From a bacterium (GTDB lineage: Bacteria > Actinomycetota > Acidimicrobiia > Spongiisociales > JAHEDJ01): 64,000 nucleotides of DNA. Made by a program: the position numbers and the translations under genes. Shown here piece by piece: positions 38,404-48,446 of the stretch; position 1 is the first letter of the stretch; each line of letters starts with the position of its first letter. Location: contig JAHEDJ010000001.1 in NCBI GenBank assembly GCA_024641325.1, forward strand, positions 23,594-87,593, written 5' to 3'. The notes beneath the pieces are model-generated. The model searched no databases. It was given only the letters and a program-made list of their open reading frames with translations, and was not told the DNA's origin.

Positions 38404-39174
38404 GTGATCGAATTCCCGGCTGTGGAACCCGGCGAGGATATCCGGGTGAGCGCTTCATCGTTCGTGTCGTTCTGTGAATGTCCCGAGCGCGCCGCCGCCC
38501 ATTTTCGGGGCGTCTACAGCCCGGATACCAGGGCTTCCTTCAGTGGTGGTCTCGCCCACCGCGTGTTCGCCCGACACCTCGACCGGGGCGAAATCTCCCC
38601 TGCTCAGTTCGAGCAGGCCTGTAGGGAGGAAATCGGTTCCTCGAACCTCAACTACAAGGTTGCAACCCTGGGCCTCAAACCCAGCGCCCTCGGTCGCGTG
38701 ATCGAAGAGGTTGGACTGCTCTATGAGCGATTCAAACGACTGCCGGACGAGGGTTACGAGGCTTCCGAAGTCTCGTTTGAGTTTGAACCCGCCGCCGGCG
38801 TGACTCTCGTCGGGCGAATCGATGCGGTTTTCGATGAGGACTCCGGCGCCAAATTGGTCGACTGGAAGACCGGAGCACTTGGAGAGGTTGAGCTGCAGCT
38901 TGGTTTCTACGCGATGTTGTGGGCCTTCGAGAAGGGCGAACTGCCCGGAGCGGTTGAGGCAATCTCGGTCGCGACGGGGGAGCGCTACTGCGAGGTTCCC
39001 ACTAGAACCGGAGTGCAAGAAACAGCCCGGCGCGTTTCGACCATGATCAACTCGCTCCGCCGATCTTGGCAGAGGGGCTCCGAGATGGAGAGGCGCGGAG
39101 GGCCTTGGTGCAGCTATTGCCCGGTGCTGGACGGATGTCAGGAGGGCACAGCCGCAGTTGACGTCGCAGGCTGA
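38404..39174 (+). CDS. PD-(D/E)xK RecB/Cas4-like nuclease with 4-Cys motif
   Basis: S.SS...F.ECP, G...H, GRIDAV, VDWKTG, QL.FY, C-terminal CSYCP....C. Confidence 0.85.
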   Translation: MIEFPAVEPGEDIRVSASSFVSFCECPERAAAHFRGVYSPDTRASFSGGLAHRVFARHLDRGEISPAQFEQACREEIGSSNLNYKVATLGLKPSALGRVIEEVGLLYERFKRLPDEGYEASEVSFEFEPAAGVTLVGRIDAVFDEDSGAKLVDWKTGALGEVELQLGFYAMLWAFEKGELPGAVEAISVATGERYCEVPTRTGVQETARRVSTMINSLRRSWQRGSEMERRGGPWCSYCPVLDGCQEGTAAVDVAG

Positions 39175-39217
39175 TGTCGCCGGCAGTCGGCCGCCCGCGT
39201 GGCCGCAGGTAGCGACG

Positions 39218-39817
39218 TCAATCGTCTTCGTGCACCTGAGGACGAACTTCCCCGTCCCGGCAGGTTGCCTTGATCTCGAAGGTGTGGTCCTTGTTGACGT
39301 CCTTGAAACGAACCTCGACCTGTTGCGGACCTTCGGACCTGATATCTGTTTTGAAACCGGGGCTGGCAAGGGCCGATTGGAAACCGATGAGATCTCCCGA
39401 GCATGTGACCGTCACCGTGCCTCCATCCGAGAGGATGATGAAGTCGGCCGGCTGACCGGGCGTTGTCGATGGAGTGCTGGTAGTCGGGCTGCTGGTGGGC
39501 ACGGTCGATGGGGTAGATAACGCCGGCACGGTCGTCTCCGGGATGGAGGCTGAGTTGTCGGCGGTGCTGTCCGCCGTATCTCCAGTTTGGCTGGTGGGCG
39601 GAGCGTCGATGCGATCTTCGACATCCTCGGGCACGGTGACACTCGAGGGCACCGAGGGCAGATCATCTGCACTGATGGTTGTCGGGGTCCCTTCGGCGGC
39701 GGCGAGCACCGGAGCCTGTTCGGTGACCTGAGTCTGGACCAGACCAACGGCCTGATAGGCGAGAGTCACGGCAACGGCCGTAGCGAGAACCCATGCAGCT
39801 ATCAATCGCGATTTCAT
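39218..39817 (-). CDS. Secreted/anchored Thr-Ser-Pro-rich protein divergent from the two-component system
   Basis: N-terminal hydrophobic helix, low-complexity linker, C-terminal GG.V.V.C...PGF...GP..VEVRF...C domain. Confidence 0.75.
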   Translation of the reverse strand: MKSRLIAAWVLATAVAVTLAYQAVGLVQTQVTEQAPVLAAAEGTPTTISADDLPSVPSSVTVPEDVEDRIDAPPTSQTGDTADSTADNSASIPETTVPALSTPSTVPTSSPTTSTPSTTPGQPADFIILSDGGTVTVTCSGDLIGFQSALASPGFKTDIRSEGPQQVEVRFKDVNKDHTFEIKATCRDGEVRPQVHEDD

Positions 39818-39928
39818 GCCTGTATCCTCGCATCTCGGCCGTATTACCAGTCCTAACGGCTGGTTAAAGGATGGCAAAACGCCCCCTTGCCGTAGTGCTG
39901 AGGCCGACCTTCTAGGTAGGGTGTTCGC

Positions 39929-40609
39929 ATGCCTTCTGTGCTCTTGATCGAAGACGATGTTCGGATCCGCCAATCGCTCGCACGTGCTCTGGCTTCCCGC
40001 GGGCACGATGTCGACAGTCTGGCAACAGGTATGGAAGGACTCGAGTACGTCATCGCCAACGCTCCCGATGCGGTGATCCTCGATCTCGGGCTCCCCGACC
40101 TGGATGGTGTCGAGATCCTGAAGTTGATTCGCGCGGTCTCCCAGGTGCCCGTCATCGTTGCGACCGCGCGCGATGAGGAAGCCGAAATCGTCAAGGTGCT
40201 CGACGCCGGAGCAGACGATTATGTCGTCAAGCCCTTTTCCGGAGAACAAATCGATGCCAGATTGCGCGCCGTCCTGCGCCGCACCGACCAGGGTGGAGCC
40301 GGTGCCAGCGTCGCGGTGGGTGATCTAGTAATCGATGGACGAGCGCGGGAGGTGACTCTTGCCGGTCAGTCCCTCGAGTTGACGCGAAAGGAATTCGACC
40401 TTCTCGCCTATCTCGCAGACCATGTTGGCGATGTGGTGTCGAAGAGGGAGTTGCTGGCGGAGGTCTGGCGGCAACCTTACGGCGGCGGTGACAAGACGGT
40501 CGACGTTCACTTGTCCTGGCTGCGCAAAAAGCTGGGGGAGACCGCCGCGGAGGCCCGCTACCTGCACACGGTGCGGGGTGTCGGCGTAAAGCTCGTCATT
40601 CCGGACTGA
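39929..40609 (+). CDS. OmpR-family response regulator
   Basis: IEDD, LDLGLPDLDG, GADDYVVKPF, LT.KEFDLL, TVDVH, TVRGVG. Confidence 0.95.
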   Translation: MPSVLLIEDDVRIRQSLARALASRGHDVDSLATGMEGLEYVIANAPDAVILDLGLPDLDGVEILKLIRAVSQVPVIVATARDEEAEIVKVLDAGADDYVVKPFSGEQIDARLRAVLRRTDQGGAGASVAVGDLVIDGRAREVTLAGQSLELTRKEFDLLAYLADHVGDVVSKRELLAEVWRQPYGGGDKTVDVHLSWLRKKLGETAAEARYLHTVRGVGVKLVIPD

Positions 40610-41886
40610 TGCGCCGACGGCTCGTCCTCGTATCCGCGGCGATCACGTCAATGGTGGCACTCGCCTTCCTGATCCCGTTGACAGGCCTTGTCGGCCAGCT
40701 GGCGCACGACCGTGCTATGAACAATGCCGAGCGTGATGCGCAGTTCTTCGCCAGCGCGGTCGCTCTCCTGGTGCCGGATGAGCGGGGCCAGGTTTCCCGA
40801 CTCTTGTCCAGCGAGCCCTCATTCGATGGCCGGCTCACCTCTGTGGTCTTCTTTGACGATTCGGTAGCCGGAGCACCGGTGCAGATCGACTCAATAGTTG
40901 AATCCGCACGGGCAAAGCAGGCGACCACCCGGTTCGAGATGGATGGTGGAGAGGCGCTATTCGTCCCGATCAGCGAGGGTGGAGGACGAACAACTCTCGT
41001 CCGGATTTTCGTTCCCGAAGCGTTGCTCACCGAAAACGTGGCATCAGCTCGCCTCATTCTCGGGTTACTCGGTGTCACCCTCGTCGGGATAGCGGTTCTC
41101 GTTTCGGATCGGCTCGCACGATCGATAACAGCTCCGGTGAGAGAGCTCGCCGACGGGGCACATCGGATGGCGGAAGGCGATCTCAACGCTCAGGTCGAGG
41201 TTTCGGGGCCGCGGGAGGTGCAGGAAGTCGGTAGGGCGTTCAACCGGCTCTCCGGGCGAATTGGTGGCCTGCTCGTAGTGGAGCGGGAAGCGGTCGCCGA
41301 CCTGTCGCACCGGCTCAGGACTCCACTGACGGCCGTCAGGCTCGATATCGACGCCGTCGAGGATGGGGCGGTTGCAGAGCGGCTCCGGGAGGATGTTGAC
41401 GAACTCGAACGGACGGTGGACTACGTGATCCGGGAGGCCCGGCGCCCGATGCGACAGGGAGGAGGCGTGATCTCCGACCTCGTGGCGGTGGTGACCGATC
41501 GCACACAGTTCTGGGGTGCGCTGGCCGACGAACAGCAACGAAGGTGGTCGCTAACTGTGCCGGACGGTCCAAGGATGGTGGCGGGAGCTGCTGTGGACTT
41601 TGGAGCGGCTGTGGATGCGTTGTTGGCCAACGTGCTGGCACACACGCCCGCAGGGGTCGGCTTTGATGTGGCCGTGTCCGACGAGTCCGGGCTGGTACGA
41701 CTCACAATCTCAGATCAGGGTGAGGGATTCGGTGAGGAGGCACTCGAACGTGGCTGGTCGGGGAGTGATTCGACCGGCCTCGGGTTGGACATCGTGCGAC
41801 GCACTGTGGCAGACGCCGGGGGGGATCTATCCATCCGATCGGATGCTGGCAGTGTTGTGATCGTGGAGCTGCCGCTGGCAGATTAA
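40609..41886 (+). CDS. HAMP-domain sensor histidine kinase
   Basis: Two TM helices, HAMP, DLSHRLRTPL, N box, D.G.G, TGLGLDI. Confidence 0.92.
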   Translation: MRRRLVLVSAAITSMVALAFLIPLTGLVGQLAHDRAMNNAERDAQFFASAVALLVPDERGQVSRLLSSEPSFDGRLTSVVFFDDSVAGAPVQIDSIVESARAKQATTRFEMDGGEALFVPISEGGGRTTLVRIFVPEALLTENVASARLILGLLGVTLVGIAVLVSDRLARSITAPVRELADGAHRMAEGDLNAQVEVSGPREVQEVGRAFNRLSGRIGGLLVVEREAVADLSHRLRTPLTAVRLDIDAVEDGAVAERLREDVDELERTVDYVIREARRPMRQGGGVISDLVAVVTDRTQFWGALADEQQRRWSLTVPDGPRMVAGAAVDFGAAVDALLANVLAHTPAGVGFDVAVSDESGLVRLTISDQGEGFGEEALERGWSGSDSTGLGLDIVRRTVADAGGDLSIRSDAGSVVIVELPLAD

Positions 41887-41887
41887 A

Positions 41888-43150
41888 TCAACCCTCAGAA
41901 CCGACGGCCGGACGGAGGTTCACTACCTCGGCCGGCCGGGTGATTCTCGTCACTTCTCGATCGAGGTCGGTGACGACCGCCAGAAGCTCTGTCCGTAACT
42001 GCTCGAGTGTCCCGCGCACGTTCTCCACCGATGTCGTTATGTCGGTTAGTGAGCGTCGGCTGCCCGACATCAGCTGGGCCAGCTGGCGTATGCGCTGGAG
42101 CCTGTCTTCGAAGAGTCCGTGGTCGAGCTCTCCACGAGTCTGACGCTCGGCAGCCATCGCAGAAATCGCCCAACGAATTGCGACGGACGTCATGGCACCG
42201 TCTCCTTGATCCACCACCAGGAGACGGTGCCCGTAAACGCCGAACTGACCGACCTCCCTCGGGAAAGCTTCGCGGGCGGAAACACAAACGGAGAAATCGG
42301 CAGACCGGTTGACGATTGCTCTGTCCAATTCGTCGAGGATGCCGTCTTTTCCCGCCAGGTTGATTCGCGCGGTGTTCTTGGCTTCGACGACGATCCGGGC
42401 CCCGTCGGCAAGTGTGACGACGAAGTCGCCGACCATTGCGTCGGCGCTGAACTCGCCGGGCGTTCTACCCGTCCGCTCGACTACGCAACCGCCGAGTCCG
42501 GCGACGGCTTCTCGAAGCCAATTCTCGACAGATTCTTCGAAGTCGAATCCCTTCTGAGTGCCGGCTTCGGCCTCTTCTGCCCGCCCTCGCTGATGCATGA
42601 CTGCGTCGCGCAACTCCGTGAGCCGATCCTCGATCGACCGGCCGAGTTGGGCGAAAGCCGATGTGTCGACGGTCGGGTCCAGCGCCTCCTCGAGACGTCT
42701 CTGGAGTTCACCTGCCGGGCCTACCAGCGACGCGAGTTGGGACAAAAAGACGGCCGTGTTGCTGTCGGCATCGGCCGGATCCATGCGCGCCAGGAAGTCG
42801 TCTCGCCAGGCCGTGAATTCGTTGAGTGTCCTCGCAACCGTCGAACTCCGATGCTCGGGAGAGAGTTGTGCTTCAAATGCGTGGCCGGCAGTCGTGAGGA
42901 CCGTCTCGACCTCCCGGCGGGCCTCGGCGGTGGCTTCGAGGATGGAACGTCTAACTCGGTCATCGATCTCCGAGAGGTCGATGCCGAGACCCATCGACAA
43001 GAGTCCTCTCACCCCGACGGCTATGGCCCTCGTGAGAACCTCAGCTCGCAACTCCTCCGGCTGAGTCGTCAGCAACTGTGCCAATCCGGGGTCGGTCACC
43101 TCGAGATCCTCGATCGTGACTGTGTCTCCGTCCACTCGTATCAGCGCCAT
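41888..43150 (-). CDS. Coiled-coil protein with PD-(D/E)xK-like nuclease motif (RmuC/DUF2130-like)
   Basis: Helical N-terminal half; KGFDFE, GDFVV....RIVVEAKN motif; C-terminal coiled coil; leaderless ATG 43150. Confidence 0.7.
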   Translation of the reverse strand: MALIRVDGDTVTIEDLEVTDPGLAQLLTTQPEELRAEVLTRAIAVGVRGLLSMGLGIDLSEIDDRVRRSILEATAEARREVETVLTTAGHAFEAQLSPEHRSSTVARTLNEFTAWRDDFLARMDPADADSNTAVFLSQLASLVGPAGELQRRLEEALDPTVDTSAFAQLGRSIEDRLTELRDAVMHQRGRAEEAEAGTQKGFDFEESVENWLREAVAGLGGCVVERTGRTPGEFSADAMVGDFVVTLADGARIVVEAKNTARINLAGKDGILDELDRAIVNRSADFSVCVSAREAFPREVGQFGVYGHRLLVVDQGDGAMTSVAIRWAISAMAAERQTRGELDHGLFEDRLQRIRQLAQLMSGSRRSLTDITTSVENVRGTLEQLRTELLAVVTDLDREVTRITRPAEVVNLRPAVGSEG

Positions 43151-43211
43151 GTGTTCAATGTATCCGGCACGAGTGACAGAAACGCGCATTTGGGTGTGGG
43201 ACAATCTCCGG

Positions 43212-44906
43212 ATGCCCGCACCGATCGCCCCAGTCGCCGATCTTCGTGCCGCGCTACATGCGCTGGCGGAGTTGATCGACGATGTGACGTTCAAGCTCCC
43301 CGGCAACGCTCGCACGGCTCGAAACACTCTGCGGCGAGAGACCGCCTGGGGTATCAACGAGTACCTTCTACCCAGACTCGGTGACCTCGATGCCCCTCTC
43401 GTCGCGGTATTGATTGGCTCAACCGGAAGCGGCAAGTCCACCATTCTCAACAGCCTTGCTCAACTCCCTATCAGCGATGCCGGCGCGCTCCGCCCCACCA
43501 CGACCATGCCCGTCGTCTGGGCTCACGGACTCCACGTCGATCGCTACCGGGAGGAGTTTCTCTCCGGATATGGATCCGAGCAGCAGCCTATCCGAGTGGT
43601 AGACGGCAGAGATTCGCTGCTCCGCGGGCTCACGGTCATCGACGCACCGGATTTCGACTCGGTTGTGGAGCACCACCGCCGGATGGCGGACGATTTGTTG
43701 GCGGTAGGTGATGTCATCTTGTTCGTGACCTCGGCCCAGCGCTACGCCGACGCCGTCCCGTGGGAGTTTCTGGAGAAGGCTCACTCGCGTTCGGTTCCGG
43801 TTCTGTTCATCGCCAATCGAATTCCACCCCGATCCGACGATCTGATCGCCGACTACCGGCGCCTCCTGGAGGAGAGAGGGTTCCCCCTGGAGCAGCGCTT
43901 TTTCGAGATTACCGAACAGCCTGTCGAGCGGACGATCGGTGCTCTGCCTGAGAAGGCGGTGGTCGATATCCTTGCTCGTCTGCAGGAGATGGCGAGCGAA
44001 TCGGGCCGCGCCGCGGTACTCGAGGCCTCGATACGCGGCGCCGTTGGCGAGCTTGCCGTTCGAACGGCCGCTCTCGAACAGGCCGTCTCCCAAGAGGTCG
44101 CTGAGGCCGGAGCCTTGCGTCGTGTTGCGTCTGCTGCATATGAACGTCAGGTCGGAGAGGTCTCCGGATCCCTGGATTCCGGCGAGCTGATCCGAGCCGA
44201 GGTGATCGAGAGATGGCAGGAGTTCCTGGGTACCGGCGAGTTGACGAAGGCAATCACCGACGGCGTTTCTCGCCTCTCCTCGTGGGCCAGGCGGGTGTTC
44301 GGCGGCAACCAGTCCGTCACGCGGGTCCGGGCAGATACCGGCATGGAGTTGAGCGAGGTCCTAATCCGCCGCGCCGACCTGGCCGCCACGGCTGCGGCAT
44401 CAGCGTGGGAACTGGACCCGGCCGGCGCTGCGTTGCTCGGTGGCCGGCCACTCTGGAGACACGCCGACACGACTGCGGCGCGCGCAGCCGAGGCCGTGGA
44501 AGACTGGCTGACAGACCTCTCCGAGCTGATATCCGAAGCAGGCGCATCCAAGAAGCGGACTGCGCAGGTGGCGTCCTACGGCGTAAACAGCGTTGCAGTG
44601 GCGTTGATTCTCGGTGTGTTCCTTCAGACCGGAGGCCTAACGGGTGCCGAGGTCGGGGTGGCAGCCGGAGCGGCTGCCGCACAACAGAAACTGCTCGAGC
44701 ACCTGTTCGGCTCGGCAGCTGCTCGCTCGCTGATCGAAACAGCCAGGCTCCGACTGAGCCACACGGTCGGCGTGGTGCTCACAGAAGATGGAGCGAGGTT
44801 CGGCAAGCTCCTCGACGACCATACCGATGAGTTGCCAGAGGCAGGCTCGTTGATTTCCGCGTGCGACCGGGTGCTCGACTTGGTGGAGGCATGGGATGGC
44901 GTATGA
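43212..44906 (+). CDS. Dynamin-like GTPase 1
   Basis: GSTGSGKST, RPTT, DAPDFDS, FVTSAQRYADAVPW, ANR; long helical stalk and hydrophobic paddle segment. Confidence 0.85.
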   Translation: MPAPIAPVADLRAALHALAELIDDVTFKLPGNARTARNTLRRETAWGINEYLLPRLGDLDAPLVAVLIGSTGSGKSTILNSLAQLPISDAGALRPTTTMPVVWAHGLHVDRYREEFLSGYGSEQQPIRVVDGRDSLLRGLTVIDAPDFDSVVEHHRRMADDLLAVGDVILFVTSAQRYADAVPWEFLEKAHSRSVPVLFIANRIPPRSDDLIADYRRLLEERGFPLEQRFFEITEQPVERTIGALPEKAVVDILARLQEMASESGRAAVLEASIRGAVGELAVRTAALEQAVSQEVAEAGALRRVASAAYERQVGEVSGSLDSGELIRAEVIERWQEFLGTGELTKAITDGVSRLSSWARRVFGGNQSVTRVRADTGMELSEVLIRRADLAATAAASAWELDPAGAALLGGRPLWRHADTTAARAAEAVEDWLTDLSELISEAGASKKRTAQVASYGVNSVAVALILGVFLQTGGLTGAEVGVAAGAAAAQQKLLEHLFGSAAARSLIETARLRLSHTVGVVLTEDGARFGKLLDDHTDELPEAGSLISACDRVLDLVEAWDGV

Positions 44907-46482
44907 CATAGCCGCCGCCCTCGATCTCCTCGATCTCGCCATAGGCAGAGCAACGGAGATCGTCGAGCCTGAGGTTCTGATGCCGCACGCGCAGACTGCA
45001 AAGGACGTTCGCGCCAGGATCGGCTTCCTCGGTCGGTCGGTTGTCGTCGCCCTGGTGGGCGGCACCGGATCGGGCAAATCCAGCCTCCTGAATGCACTGG
45101 CCGGAGAGGAGGTCGCGGCCACGGGCGTAGTGCGCCCGACCACCGAGCGGCCCCTCGCCTGGATCCCGGCCAACCCGGAACCTGGCCTGACCCGGCTGCT
45201 GGATGATCTCTCCATCGGTGACAGGGTCGGGCACGACTCCTTCGGAGAGATCGCCATTCTCGACCTGCCCGATACCGATAGCGTGATCCGGTCACATCGG
45301 GAGGTGGTTGAGTACCTTCTCCCCAGGGTGGACGCGGTGATCTGGGTCCTCGATCCCGAGAAATACAACGACCGTCTGCTGCACCGCGATCTGCTGCAAC
45401 CACTCAGTCGCTATTCGTCGCAGTTCATCTTTGTCCTCAACCAGATCGACCGATTGAGCCCGGCGGAGGAAAACCAGGTGGTGGATGATCTCCGGCGAAC
45501 ACTCGAGGAGGACGGAATCGATAACGCTCAACTCCTTACTATTGCCGCCGCTCCCGACAGCGGGCCACGAATTGGGATCGCCCGCTTGAGCCGTGACCTG
45601 CACGGCAAGCTCGAGGCAAAGCAAGTGGTCATGAAGAAGATCATCGCCGACCTCCGTGAAGCACGAGACGGTATCGCCCGTACGACTGGAGTCGGCGTGG
45701 GGGCGGGAACATCGTACGACGATCGCTGGGACGCGACCGCGAACCATGTCACGGGGATACTGGTTGACCCCATGGTCGGAGACGATGCGGCGGCCCTGGA
45801 AGCGGGCCGGCAGGCGGCCCTCAGAAGAGGTGGAGGACCTATTGCCGCTCTCACCGGATGGTACCGATCCACCCGGTTCGCCCGGGTGGCCGGCCGCACT
45901 CACCCGGCGGACAAGGTCCGGCTGGATGCCTCTGCGCAGCTCACGCGGGCGGCTTCGTCCGTTACCGAATTGGTGGCCGATCTGTCTTTTGAGATTGGCG
46001 GATCATTCGGGCGGGTTCTCCGTGGGGAAGTGGTGCCCGAGGGGATTGAGCAGGAGATCGGTCGAGTCGTGGAGGCGGCGTCGCGAGAGGTCGGGGAGTT
46101 CCGAGTCGGCGCGCCGAGTTGGTGGTGGCGCTTGATCGGGGTGGCTCAGTGGTTTCTGGCGGGCGCGATCCTGGCAGGGATCATCTGGCTGTGGGCCGAT
46201 CCGGATTCGCTCGAGCCGGGGGGCGACGTACGTCCTCTGTTGCTGGCCGCAGGTTCACTGGTGCTGGGATTGCTCCTTCGTGCGGCGATTGTCGTCGCCG
46301 GTCAGCGCGCCGGGCGTCGTGCCCTTCTTCGGCATGTTGACGCCCTCCGAGCCGCCGTCCGGTCGAGGCTCGATCGCGGGGTGGGAAGCTCCATCAGGAC
46401 GCGAATGAGGACCCGGGCGGAAGTCGCCGGAGCGTTGACGGAACTAGGGATTGTCACTGCGGCATTGGAAGAGAGTCTGTAA
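44896..46482 (+). CDS. Dynamin-like GTPase 2 with two C-terminal TM helices
   Basis: GGTGSGKSSL.NAL, RPTT, DLPDTDS, WVLDPEKY.D, LNQID; TM hairpin near the C-terminus; overlaps GTPase 1. Confidence 0.85.
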   Translation: MAYDIAAALDLLDLAIGRATEIVEPEVLMPHAQTAKDVRARIGFLGRSVVVALVGGTGSGKSSLLNALAGEEVAATGVVRPTTERPLAWIPANPEPGLTRLLDDLSIGDRVGHDSFGEIAILDLPDTDSVIRSHREVVEYLLPRVDAVIWVLDPEKYNDRLLHRDLLQPLSRYSSQFIFVLNQIDRLSPAEENQVVDDLRRTLEEDGIDNAQLLTIAAAPDSGPRIGIARLSRDLHGKLEAKQVVMKKIIADLREARDGIARTTGVGVGAGTSYDDRWDATANHVTGILVDPMVGDDAAALEAGRQAALRRGGGPIAALTGWYRSTRFARVAGRTHPADKVRLDASAQLTRAASSVTELVADLSFEIGGSFGRVLRGEVVPEGIEQEIGRVVEAASREVGEFRVGAPSWWWRLIGVAQWFLAGAILAGIIWLWADPDSLEPGGDVRPLLLAAGSLVLGLLLRAAIVVAGQRAGRRALLRHVDALRAAVRSRLDRGVGSSIRTRMRTRAEVAGALTELGIVTAALEESL

Positions 46483-46561
46483 GGGATTGCAGGCGTTCTC
46501 ACGATTCGTGGAGAGGCCCACTGGCTAAGCTTGCCGGCGGAGTGAGTGCGGAGGAGGCATT

Positions 46562-47422
46562 GTGACGGAATGGCGCGACTGGCCCACGTGGCGTCATGTT
46601 GTTGCGGCCGCGCATGACCAGGTTGGGAGTGCCGCAACAGTGGGCGCCGATGCCGCCCGTGCAGTCGGGGATTTGTTGAAGATCGTGTCCGATGTCACCC
46701 CGGGGGATTTCCCGGCTGCCGTGCTCGACGCCGTCGATCTGTTGTCCGCCAATCAGCAGGCTATGGCTCCCATAACCAACCTCCGCAATGCGGTCTATCT
46801 CAATGTGGACGGTGGCCCTGCCGCAGTGGCCGACGCCGTTTCCGATCTCGAACGCCGCATACGTGAAAGCTGGCGTGGTATCGCGGAGGCAGGGCTATCG
46901 GTGATTCCGCCGAACGGAACCGTTCTCATCCACTCTGCCTCGAGCACAGTCCGCACCGTGCTCGAGATGGCGAGAGACCACGTGGACTTCGACGTGGTTT
47001 GCACTCGGGCTATGCCGGTCGGCGAGGGCATGGAGATGGCGGCAGAGCTGCGCGCCGGCGGATTCGAGGTAGAGCTCATAGATGATGAGGTCGCTATCGA
47101 AGTGTTGCCCGGTATGGACGTCGTGCTGGCAGGCGCGGATGCAATCGGGCCAAGCCAGGTGATCAACAAGGTCGGAACGGCAGTGCTGGCCGGAGCAGCC
47201 AAAGCAATCGGCGTGCCGTTCTATCTGCTGGCCGCGACGAACAAGATCCTTCCCGAGGTGCTATTCAACGCCTCTCTTCAACGGCGGGGTCGTGAGGATC
47301 TGAGCGAAGCCATTGCCCTCGACGTCTTCTCCGGTGTGGTCACCGAGATCGGAGTCTTGGACGCGGGAGCCGTTGCCGGTTACGCAGGGGCGCTGGCGGT
47401 GGCGGAGGAGTTGACGGCCTAG
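46562..47422 (+). CDS. eIF-2B alpha/beta/delta family protein (MtnA/ribose-1,5-bisphosphate isomerase-like fold)
   Basis: SD GGAGG; MAP..N, HSASSTV, P..EG..MA..L, VLAGADAI, VINKVGT, GVPFY...K. Confidence 0.82.
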   Translation: MTEWRDWPTWRHVVAAAHDQVGSAATVGADAARAVGDLLKIVSDVTPGDFPAAVLDAVDLLSANQQAMAPITNLRNAVYLNVDGGPAAVADAVSDLERRIRESWRGIAEAGLSVIPPNGTVLIHSASSTVRTVLEMARDHVDFDVVCTRAMPVGEGMEMAAELRAGGFEVELIDDEVAIEVLPGMDVVLAGADAIGPSQVINKVGTAVLAGAAKAIGVPFYLLAATNKILPEVLFNASLQRRGREDLSEAIALDVFSGVVTEIGVLDAGAVAGYAGALAVAEELTA

Positions 47423-47434
47423 GGCCGGGCGACC

Positions 47435-48379
47435 TCAGACAGGCGCAGAGATTTCCGGACCGGTGGATTCGGGTCGCGGGACTACGACATTTAGAGCCGC
47501 CGGTTCGGCGCTGATCACAATGTGTCCCGATCGACCAAGCATCTCTCCATCGGCCTGAGCCGCTTCTTCGGGGTCGGCGTCGATGGTGATCTGTTGAACA
47601 TCTCGCCACACGTGCACACCTCGGACCTTATCCAACCGGCCACTTCTCAGCGCCCGGATCAAGATGGCCGGCGCGCGGCGCAAAGGCAGCCCTTCAAAGA
47701 TGATTAACGTCAGGCCATCACCTGCAGGCACTCCGAGCGGCATCTTGCCGAAGTACGTGTAGGGGGCATGCACTTGTGCAAGAACCGTAACCGCATCGAG
47801 GCTGCGCACACCGTCGGTGACGCGTAGCTGCGGTTTCCTCGTTCTGTAGTCGCTGAGCAGCGCGGACACCGCACTCCTGGCATAGTGGACGGAACCGAAC
47901 CAGTACTTCCTGTACGGCTGTCCTTCCGACCGTTCCACGACCTCGGCGTCATAACCGACACCGGTTCCGAAGGTGACATGGGAGGTAACCGGCGGGTCGC
48001 CAAGTTCGACACGCGCCGTGGGTGCGGAGATCGTGTGGACGTCCCCGATCAACAATTCGGCCGCTTTCCGGGGCCGGTTCGGGATGCCGAGAATCCGGGC
48101 GAGAACGTTGGTGGTTCCCGCCGGAATGATCCCCAGGGACGTGTCCGTACCGGTTACCCCGTTCGCTACATGGTGGACGACGCCGTCACCGCCGAATCCG
48201 ACGACCACGTCGAACCCATCGGCGGCCGCTCTTGCCGATACGAGACGCACTTCGTCGGGGCTCACAGGCCAGGACGGCTCGATCTCATAGGAATCCGCCA
48301 GCATCGACGTAATGGTCCTGAAGAGCCCGCCGGTGAAACCTGAAGCTGCCGGATTTGCCACGAGGAGAAGTCTTTTCAC
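47435..48379 (-). CDS. Diacylglycerol/lipid kinase family protein
   Basis: VANPAAS, GGDGVVHHV.NG, GIIPAGTTNVLAR, G.G.DA, QADGE; leaderless GTG 48379. Confidence 0.88.
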   Translation of the reverse strand: MKRLLLVANPAASGFTGGLFRTITSMLADSYEIEPSWPVSPDEVRLVSARAAADGFDVVVGFGGDGVVHHVANGVTGTDTSLGIIPAGTTNVLARILGIPNRPRKAAELLIGDVHTISAPTARVELGDPPVTSHVTFGTGVGYDAEVVERSEGQPYRKYWFGSVHYARSAVSALLSDYRTRKPQLRVTDGVRSLDAVTVLAQVHAPYTYFGKMPLGVPAGDGLTLIIFEGLPLRRAPAILIRALRSGRLDKVRGVHVWRDVQQITIDADPEEAAQADGEMLGRSGHIVISAEPAALNVVVPRPESTGPEISAPV

Positions 48380-48446
48380 GCTCCGAGAGTACTCGTCCGC
48401 TCGGTGGGCGGGACAACCGATGTCCGTCGTTAGGATGTCCGGCGGA

